DNA of 32,000 nt from Xanthomonas campestris pv. campestris str. ATCC 33913 (GTDB lineage Bacteria; Pseudomonadota; Gammaproteobacteria; Xanthomonadales; Xanthomonadaceae). A program made the position numbers and the translations under genes. Below are positions 25,471 to 32,000 of this stretch, piece after piece. The first letter of the stretch is position 1. Each line of letters starts with the position of its first letter. Under the pieces are notes generated by a model. It saw nothing but the letters and a program-made list of their open reading frames with translations. It ran no database searches and had not been told where the DNA came from. The DNA lies in the NCBI RefSeq assembly GCF_000007145.1, contig NC_003902.1, forward strand, positions 2,696,497 through 2,728,496, written 5' to 3'.

Positions 25471-26094
25471 ATGTCATTGCACTCGCCTTTGCCGCGCGCT
25501 TTTTATGCAGCCGATGCGCGCACCGTTGCGCCACTGCTACTCAACAAGGTTCTGGTGAGTGCCGACGGCCGCCGCGGCCGCATCACCGAAGTCGAAGCGT
25601 ATTGCGGCAGCGAAGATGCCGCTGCGCATTCGTTTCGCGGCATGACCCCACGCACGCAGGTGATGTTCGGTGCGCCCGGGCATTTGTATGTGTATTTCAT
25701 CTACGGCATGCACTGGGCAATCAACGCGGTATGTGGCGGCGCGCCCGGGCACGCAGTGTTGATCCGTGCGCTGGAACCGTTGGCCGGCTGCGATGCGATG
25801 CACGCTGCACGCGGCGCAGCGCCGTTCAAATCGTTGACCACCGGTCCAGGCCGCCTGGCGCAAGCCTTTGGCGTGAGCGCAGTCGATAACGGACTGGACC
25901 TGACCACTGGCGTGGCGCGCTTGTGGATCGAGGACGACGGCACTCCGCCACCAGCGGCACCGCTTGCCGGCCCGCGCATCGGCATTCGCAAGGCCGTGGA
26001 ATTGCCGTGGCGCTGGGTTGTGCCTGGCAGCGCCTATCTGTCGCGTCCGCTGCCACGTGTGAGCGGCGCACGCGCATCAGTAACCGGCGACTGA
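25471..26094 (+). CDS. mpg: DNA-3-methyladenine glycosylase (Mpg/AAG family)
   Basis: ATG 25471 gives [22 protein letters not shown]...[52 protein letters not shown]...VLIRALEP. This is the AAG-family signature, and the 207-aa size fits. Confidence 0.9.
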   Translation: MSLHSPLPRAFYAADARTVAPLLLNKVLVSADGRRGRITEVEAYCGSEDAAAHSFRGMTPRTQVMFGAPGHLYVYFIYGMHWAINAVCGGAPGHAVLIRALEPLAGCDAMHAARGAAPFKSLTTGPGRLAQAFGVSAVDNGLDLTTGVARLWIEDDGTPPPAAPLAGPRIGIRKAVELPWRWVVPGSAYLSRPLPRVSGARASVTGD

Positions 26095-29000
26095 GCGAGC
26101 CATTGCTGCAGTGGCGTCTGCTCGGCGGCGCCCGGCCCACGTTGCAGCAATCGCAATGCCTGCTCGCCGTGCTCGTGTGAGAGCTCTTGCAGCGGCTGGA
26201 AGCGATCGCCGCTCCAGGCGGCCATCGGCAGGCCGTCCAGAAACGCCACGCGATTGCCGGGCACGCGCGCGATGCGCTCGCCGGGCAACAGATTGCCGAG
26301 CAGATTGGCCGGGTCACTCGCGCTGAGGCAGATCCACTGTTGCGCCAACGGTTGCGCGCGCACGCGACGCATCGCGGCAATGGCATCGGGCAACGCGAAT
26401 TGTTCGCCGGACACGCCGGCAATAAAACGCCCGCCACGCAGTTCGCCACGCGCTTCCAACCGCTGATACACACGCAGTAATTCGCGCCAGGGCGGCAGCC
26501 AGGCGGCCTCGCGTTCAAGCAGCCGCCAACACACCACGCCATAGCGGCGCAGCAACGCGCGCGCCACGTGCTCCAGCATTTCCTGGTGACGCTCGCTGGC
26601 CTCGGCCAAGGGCAGCGACGGCAAGTTGCGCACCGGCGCCCAACGGCCGGCATCGCGGATGCCCAACGCACTGGCACGCCGGCGTTGCCGCGACAGTGCC
26701 GAGGGGCGTTTGGACGCCGGCACTAGCAGTGCACGCAGGCCGGCATAACTGTCGCAATGCACGCGCCCGCGCATCACCAGTTCGCTGAGCACATCTTCCA
26801 GCTCGGTGGCCATCAGCCGCGCAGCATCGGCAATCTCGTCGAAGAACAGCGCGCCCTGCTCCTGCAGCACCTCCACCACGCGCTGCGCACGCGAGCCCAG
26901 CGGCGCGTCATCGTCGGCGCGTGCCAGGGCATTCCAGCGCTGCGCTTCACGCCGCGGCAGCAGCACGATTGGCGTGCCGCGCAACGCATTGCCACTGCGG
27001 CCACCGCCTGGACGCAGGCGCGCCCATACCGTGCGGCCAGCGGTGCACAGTTCGTCCAGCCACGCGGGTTGGTAGTCACGCACGCGCGCGGGCAACAGCT
27101 CGCTTTCCCAGAGCGCGGCCGGCGCCTCGAAGCCTTCCAGCTGGCCAACGATGCCGGCCAGCGCGTCCGGCCCGGCCACGCGGTGGTCGGCATCCAGGTG
27201 CTGCCATTCGAACAGGAAACGTGCGTAATCGCGCTGCGACACCGGCTCGATCTCACGGCGCAAGCGCCCCAGCGTATAGCGATGGATGCGCGCCAGTAGA
27301 TGCCGCTCGCACCATTCCTCTTCAAGTGCCTGGGCACTGAAGCGACCTGCCATGACATAGCCTTCGCGCTGCAGCCCGATCAAGGCGAGTTCGACCTCCG
27401 CTGCCGGCAGGCGCACTGCGCTGCACAGCGCAGACACCTGCGCCGGCCCCACCGCCGACAGGCGGCCGCGCACCAGCTCGCGCACTGCCCACTCGCGCTG
27501 CCAGTCGTCCACACGGCAATCCGGCGGCGCCTGCAGCGGCGGCTGCGCCACGGCGTGCGGATACAACGGTGCAAACCACTCGATGCGCTCGGCGCTGATC
27601 CACAGTGCAGTGCCGCCATCGACTGCCAGGCAGGTGGCGCGCCCGGCCGCCGACAACGCCGACAGCCATGCCTGCCACTGTGCATCGAGGGCCTCTTCCA
27701 CCGGCAACACACCCAGGCCCACCAGCGCCTCATGCATCTCTTCGGCATCGCGTGGCTGCGGCCAGGCTTCTTCGCGCACGGCAGCAATTGCCTGCGGATC
27801 CAGCTGTCCCAAATCATCGCTGCTCTGCGGCGTGTAGCGCCTGCCCTGCACCGCCTGGGTGCGCCGCTCTTCCAGCGGTGCATCGTCGAGAAAGGCGTAC
27901 GGACGTGCATTCAAGGCTTCCGCCGCCAGCGGCGACGGCGCGGCCAGATCACGTGCCACCAGCGTGATGGCGCCGGACTCCAGGCCGCGCAACACCTGCA
28001 GCCAACCCTCGCTATCCATCGATTGATGCAGGCAATCTTCCAGCGTTTGCGCCACCAGCGGATGGTCCGGCACCTCGCGCTCGCCAACCAGATTCTCCGC
28101 ACATGCCACCTGGTCCGGGAACACCGTGGCCAACAGGTCTTCGGACTTCATCCGCTGCAGTTGCGGCGCAACCTTGTTGCCGCCGGAAAAGCGCGGCAGC
28201 GCCATCGCGTTGGTGGCATTCCAGCGCCACCGCACACCGAACAGCGGTGCGTCCAGCAACGCCTGCACCAGCACGTGCTCGGCCGATGCGGAATGCAGAT
28301 AACGCGCCACCTCTTCCAGCGCAAAACTATGGCTGGTGGACAGCGACAATACGATCGCGTCCTCGGTCGCGGCGGCCTGCAATTCGAAATTGAAGGTGCG
28401 GCAGAACCGCTTGCGCAAGGCCAGGCCCCAGGCGCGGTTGATCCGGCTGCCGTAGGGCGAGTGGATGATCAATTGGGTGCCGCCGGTGGCATCGAAGAAC
28501 CGCTCCATCACCAGGCAGTGCTGGGTCGGCATCGCACCCAATGCCTGACAGGCGTTCGCCAGGTACTCCACCAGTTGCTGCGCCGGCTCCGCGGCCAACC
28601 CAACCTCATCGCATAGCCATGCCTGTGCGCCGGCATGCCGTGCACCGTCGAGCCGCGTGGCAATTTCTTCGCGCAGGCGCGACACCGCCAGCGACAATGC
28701 ATCGCTGCGGCCCGGCGCCTCGCCCAACCAGAACGGAATATTGGGCGGCGCCCCCTTGGCATCTTCAACCCGCACCTTGTCCGCATCCACGCGCAGGATG
28801 CGGTAGCTCGCATTGCCAAGCTGGAAGACATCGCCGGTGAGGCTTTCGACCGCGAAATCCTCGTTGACCGTGCCGATGTTTTCCGCCTGTGGCTCCAGCA
28901 CCACGCTGTAATCGCCGGTTTCGGGAATGGTGCCGCCGGAGGTGAGCGCGGTCATGCGCGCGCCACGCCGCGCATGCAGGCGGCGATTGACCGCATCGCG

Positions 29001-30428
29001 GTGCAGATAGCCAGCGCGTGGCCCCAACCGGGTGCTGAAGCCCTCGCATAACATCCGCACGACCGCATCGAAGGTGGCGCGGCTCAGCGTTGCGAATGGC
29101 CAGGCGCGGCGCACCAGCGCAAACAGTGCATCTTCGTCCCAATCTTCGCAGGCGGCTTCGGCGACGATCTGCTGCGCCAGCACGTCGATCGGCGCGATCG
29201 GAAACCGCAGGGCATCCAGTTCGCCACGGCGGATGCCATCCAGCAGCGCGGCGCATTCGACCAGCTCGTCGCGCGTCTGCGGGAACAGCCGCGCCTTCGG
29301 CGTGCCACCGACCGCATGCCCGGACCGGCCGGCGCGCTGCAGGAAGGTGGCGATCGAGCGCGGTGAGCCGAGTTGGCAGACCAGGTCTACATCGCCGATA
29401 TCCAGGCCCAGCTCCAGCGACGCAGTGGCCACCAGCACGGTCAATTCGCCGGCCTTGAGTCGGCGCTCGGCCAGTAGCCGCGTCTCGCGCGACAGGCTGC
29501 CGTGATGCGCCGCCACGCGCTGCTTGCCCAGCAGCTCGCCCAGGTGGCGCGCAGCCCGCTCGGCCATGCGGCGCGTGTTGACGAACACCAGCGTGGTACG
29601 GTGCTGTTGCGCCAGCGCAGCGACCTCGGCATACACCTGCAGCCATTGGTCGTTGGACAGCACCACGCTCAACGGCGTGGGCGGCAGCGCCAATGCCAGA
29701 TCGCGCTGACGGGTGTAGCCGATATCCACGATCTCGCACGGCGCCGCCGCGCCGTCCTCGCCAACACCCACCAGAAACTGCGCCACGGTGTCGATCGGTT
29801 TCTGCGTGGCAGACAGACCCACCCGCGTGATGGGCTGCTCGGCCAACCGCTGCAGGCGCTCCAGGGTCAATGCGAGATGGCTGCCGCGCTTGTCCGCTGC
29901 CACTGCGTGGATCTCGTCCACGATGACCGTGCGTACATGGCGCAACGCGCTGCGCCCGGAGGCCGAGCCCAGCAACACGTACAGCGACTCCGGCGTGGTC
30001 ACCAGAATATGCGGCGGCACGCGCCGCGCCTGGGCCCGCTCGCGCTGCGGCGTGTCGCCGGTGCGCACCGCCGTACGCACCGGCACATCGGGCAGGCCCT
30101 GCGCGAGCAACTCCGCACGGATGCCGTGCAGTGGCGCCTCCAGATTCAGATGGATGTCGTTGGACAAGGCCTTGAGCGGCGAGACGTAGATCACCCGCGT
30201 TTGGTCCGGCAGCGCACCGCCCTGGGCCAGGCCGTCACGGATCAACGCGTCGATCGCTGCCAAGAACGCGGTAAGGGTCTTGCCGGAGCCGGTCGGCGCC
30301 GCCACCAGGGTATGCCGCCCGGCCTTGATCGCCGGCCACGCGGCGATCTGCGCCGGGGTGGGCGCAGCAAAGGTACGCCCAAACCAGGCGGCGACCACGG
30401 GATGAAAATGCTGCAGGACTGGATGCAT
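26034..30428 (-). CDS. lhr: Large ATP-dependent SF2 helicase Lhr (1464 aa)
   Basis: The N-terminus has [32 protein letters not shown] (Q-motif plus Walker A). It also has the VDEIH DExH box, [20 protein letters not shown] and [21 protein letters not shown] long Lhr-type C-terminal extension follows. Confidence 0.9.
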   Translation of the reverse strand: MHPVLQHFHPVVAAWFGRTFAAPTPAQIAAWPAIKAGRHTLVAAPTGSGKTLTAFLAAIDALIRDGLAQGGALPDQTRVIYVSPLKALSNDIHLNLEAPLHGIRAELLAQGLPDVPVRTAVRTGDTPQRERAQARRVPPHILVTTPESLYVLLGSASGRSALRHVRTVIVDEIHAVAADKRGSHLALTLERLQRLAEQPITRVGLSATQKPIDTVAQFLVGVGEDGAAAPCEIVDIGYTRQRDLALALPPTPLSVVLSNDQWLQVYAEVAALAQQHRTTLVFVNTRRMAERAARHLGELLGKQRVAAHHGSLSRETRLLAERRLKAGELTVLVATASLELGLDIGDVDLVCQLGSPRSIATFLQRAGRSGHAVGGTPKARLFPQTRDELVECAALLDGIRRGELDALRFPIAPIDVLAQQIVAEAACEDWDEDALFALVRRAWPFATLSRATFDAVVRMLCEGFSTRLGPRAGYLHRDAVNRRLHARRGARMTALTSGGTIPETGDYSVVLEPQAENIGTVNEDFAVESLTGDVFQLGNASYRILRVDADKVRVEDAKGAPPNIPFWLGEAPGRSDALSLAVSRLREEIATRLDGARHAGAQAWLCDEVGLAAEPAQQLVEYLANACQALGAMPTQHCLVMERFFDATGGTQLIIHSPYGSRINRAWGLALRKRFCRTFNFELQAAATEDAIVLSLSTSHSFALEEVARYLHSASAEHVLVQALLDAPLFGVRWRWNATNAMALPRFSGGNKVAPQLQRMKSEDLLATVFPDQVACAENLVGEREVPDHPLVAQTLEDCLHQSMDSEGWLQVLRGLESGAITLVARDLAAPSPLAAEALNARPYAFLDDAPLEERRTQAVQGRRYTPQSSDDLGQLDPQAIAAVREEAWPQPRDAEEMHEALVGLGVLPVEEALDAQWQAWLSALSAAGRATCLAVDGGTALWISAERIEWFAPLYPHAVAQPPLQAPPDCRVDDWQREWAVRELVRGRLSAVGPAQVSALCSAVRLPAAEVELALIGLQREGYVMAGRFSAQALEEEWCERHLLARIHRYTLGRLRREIEPVSQRDYARFLFEWQHLDADHRVAGPDALAGIVGQLEGFEAPAALWESELLPARVRDYQPAWLDELCTAGRTVWARLRPGGGRSGNALRGTPIVLLPRREAQRWNALARADDDAPLGSRAQRVVEVLQEQGALFFDEIADAARLMATELEDVLSELVMRGRVHCDSYAGLRALLVPASKRPSALSRQRRRASALGIRDAGRWAPVRNLPSLPLAEASERHQEMLEHVARALLRRYGVVCWRLLEREAAWLPPWRELLRVYQRLEARGELRGGRFIAGVSGEQFALPDAIAAMRRVRAQPLAQQWICLSASDPANLLGNLLPGERIARVPGNRVAFLDGLPMAAWSGDRFQPLQELSHEHGEQALRLLQRGPGAAEQTPLQQWLAQSPVTDARAPLTRGSGRDR

Positions 30429-30823
30429 GGGCGGGGCCCGAGGCGCACCAGGCAGGGCCGTGCGGCACTCGGTGTCGACAGGGGCAGAATCCTAGTGATG
30501 GGGCTTTCCGACCGCCAGAACAAGCCAGCCGCCGTGGCCGCGGTGAATTGTTTAATGGCGACCACCGCAATCGCGCGGTGCTTGGGCACGCATGGCATAG
30601 GCAAGCCAAGTCCCCTCGGTAAAGCGCAGTCCGCGGGTGCGCATCCTGCGAACACGCCGAATGCGTGAGCACACACGCCGGCTGCGCGCACCGCTCGCGC
30701 TTGCCTGGCGACTGCGAGCGCTGTGATCACTGGCCTCGCGCCATCTGCACGCCACAGCACCGCAACGCTGCGGCCCGGCACCCGCGATTGTCCAGCGCCT
30801 GCGCGGCATGGCACATTGTCGGC

Positions 30824-31168
30824 ATGCCCAGCCTGATTCTCTTCATGATTGCCGGCGCCGCGCTCTATGCGTTCTGGAACGCGTCGCGTGCCGCGGCCGA
30901 ACGCGCCGAGGTGCTCGGCCGCAATGCCTGCCGTGCAGCCGATGTGCAATGGCTGGACCAGAGCGTGCACTCCACTAACCTGCGCATCTGCCGGATGCCC
31001 AACGGCTGGCTGGGATTTGAGCGCACGTTTCGCTTCGAGTATTCGCACGATGGCGTGGACCGCCACAGCGGCCGTCTGATCCTGCGCGGCGAGCAGCTGA
31101 TTGCCTTCACCGGCCCACAGGTAGCGACCGTGCGAGCCTTGCATCCGGAGCAACAGCGCCTGGAGTGA
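30824..31168 (+). CDS. DUF3301 domain-containing membrane-anchored protein
   Basis: ATG 30824 gives MPSLILFMIAGAALYAFWNASRAAAERAEVLGRNACRAADVQWLDQSV...FRFEYSHDGVDRHSGRLILRG. The N-terminal TM followed by this pattern matches DUF3301 as I recall it. Confidence 0.7.
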   Translation: MPSLILFMIAGAALYAFWNASRAAAERAEVLGRNACRAADVQWLDQSVHSTNLRICRMPNGWLGFERTFRFEYSHDGVDRHSGRLILRGEQLIAFTGPQVATVRALHPEQQRLE

Positions 31169-31281
31169 TGGGCACTGATCCCGTAGCGGCGCTGGCTAGC
31201 TAGTGGCGTCACTGCACTAAAAACTCGTCAGCGCGCCGCGGCAGCAAGATCCGCCAAGACGTCGTGTGTCGCAACGACACA

Positions 31282-31614
31282 TCAAGCGCGCGAAGGCATG
31301 CCACCAGGCAGCGGCTCGTAACCATCTCCCCGGCCACTCAACCAACGCAGCTCCCGCTTGCCCTCCTGCCGCAGGTAGTCCTGCGCCAGTGCGAACAACG
31401 GCTGCGCCAGGTCAGCTTGCGTCAACAGGCGCAGCGTGCCGTTGGCCTCGATGTTGAGGAAATGCGCCTCTTCCGGCGTGTCGGTGTAGCTACGCGCAAT
31501 CAGACCGATCCCGCCATCCACGAAATGATAGATGTCGTACTCGTAGTCATACGCGTACTCGCCGGACGCATCCGGCGCGCTGCAATCGATGTGGCGGACG
31601 CGCGAGACCTGCAT
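31282..31614 (-). CDS. Hypothetical protein (110 aa) downstream of sspB
   Basis: The start is ATG 31614, Met64 of ORF 31282..31803, 31 nt after the sspB stop on the same strand. The product contains GEYAYDYEYDIYHFVDGGIGLIARSYTDTPEEAHFL. I do not recognise the family. Confidence 0.45.
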   Translation of the reverse strand: MQVSRVRHIDCSAPDASGEYAYDYEYDIYHFVDGGIGLIARSYTDTPEEAHFLNIEANGTLRLLTQADLAQPLFALAQDYLRQEGKRELRWLSGRGDGYEPLPGGMPSRA

Positions 31615-31645
31615 CGGTGCAGTGCTCGGCAACGTCCGCGACCGC

Positions 31646-32000
31646 TTACTTGACCACGCGCAGGTGCGGGCGCTTGCCGGTGCTCGGCGGTTCGTCCGGT
31701 GGTGGCGGGCTCGGCGGTGACGGTGTACCGGGATCCGGCGGCTCGGTGCTGGTGCCCGGGATGTCATCCGGCAGTGCCATGCCCTGCCCGGTCTCGCGTG
31801 CATACACGGCCAGCACGGCCGGCATCGGCACCATCACCGGATAGCTCACGCCACCAAAGCGCGCGGTAAACCGCACGCTCTCGTTGTCGACATTCAGGCC
31901 AACCACGGCACGCTCGGCAATGTTCAGCACCACGCGGCCGTCCTTGACGGCACTGGCGGGCACCTGCACGCCGGGCAGCCCGGCATCGACCAGGATATGC
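31646..32000 (-). CDS. sspB: ClpXP specificity-enhancing factor SspB; N-terminus outside the window
   Basis: The frame is open to the window edge. The translation reads HILVDAGLPGVQVPASAVKDGRVVLNIAERAVVGLNVDNESVRFTARFGGVSYPVMVPMPAVLAVYARETGQGMALP. A Pro-rich linker and a C-terminal ClpX-binding-like tail RPHLRVVK follow. Confidence 0.85.
   Translation of the reverse strand, partial: HILVDAGLPGVQVPASAVKDGRVVLNIAERAVVGLNVDNESVRFTARFGGVSYPVMVPMPAVLAVYARETGQGMALPDDIPGTSTEPPDPGTPSPPSPPPPDEPPSTGKRPHLRVVK

Overview
This window is a high-GC chromosomal segment. The protein sequences look Xanthomonas-like or at least Xanthomonadaceae (GumN-family, DUF3301, H-NS-like and SspB proteins); the organism call is inference. 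All identifications were made by eye from the ORF translations, with no searches run.

Most of the window is conserved housekeeping and DNA-repair content:
- phbB (5' partial) and phaR.
- A minus-strand string nnr-tsaE-amiC-mutL-DUF1684-GumN joined by 1-4 nt start/stop overlaps.
- queG, xseA, an AcvB/VirJ-family hydrolase, an FGE-domain lipoprotein and rnd.
- An 849-aa three-domain LigD (PE-Lig-Pol) preceded by a DUF3606 mini-gene, with a divergent H-NS-like gene.
- tRNA-Ala(CGC).
- A GAF plus degenerate-GGDEF protein, and an MCP-cheW pair with a good sigma-28 promoter match.
- mpg, converging on and overlapping a 1464-aa Lhr helicase.
- DUF3301, a Tyr/acidic-rich hypothetical ORF, and sspB (partial).

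The one accessory-looking part is about 1.9 kb of visibly lower-GC, annotation-poor DNA directly 3' of the tRNA (about 19.7-21.7 kb). It holds two tandem paralogous 86-aa ORFs of unknown family, a perfect 25-bp tandem duplication, about 680 bp without a convincing ORF, and a 58-aa hydrophilic ORF.

I found no CRISPR array, transposase, integrase, restriction, toxin-antitoxin or other recognisable defence module. The best candidates for something undescribed are the tRNA-flanking islet with its paralog pair and the DUF3606-LigD pairing without Ku. Both are hypotheses, not demonstrated systems.
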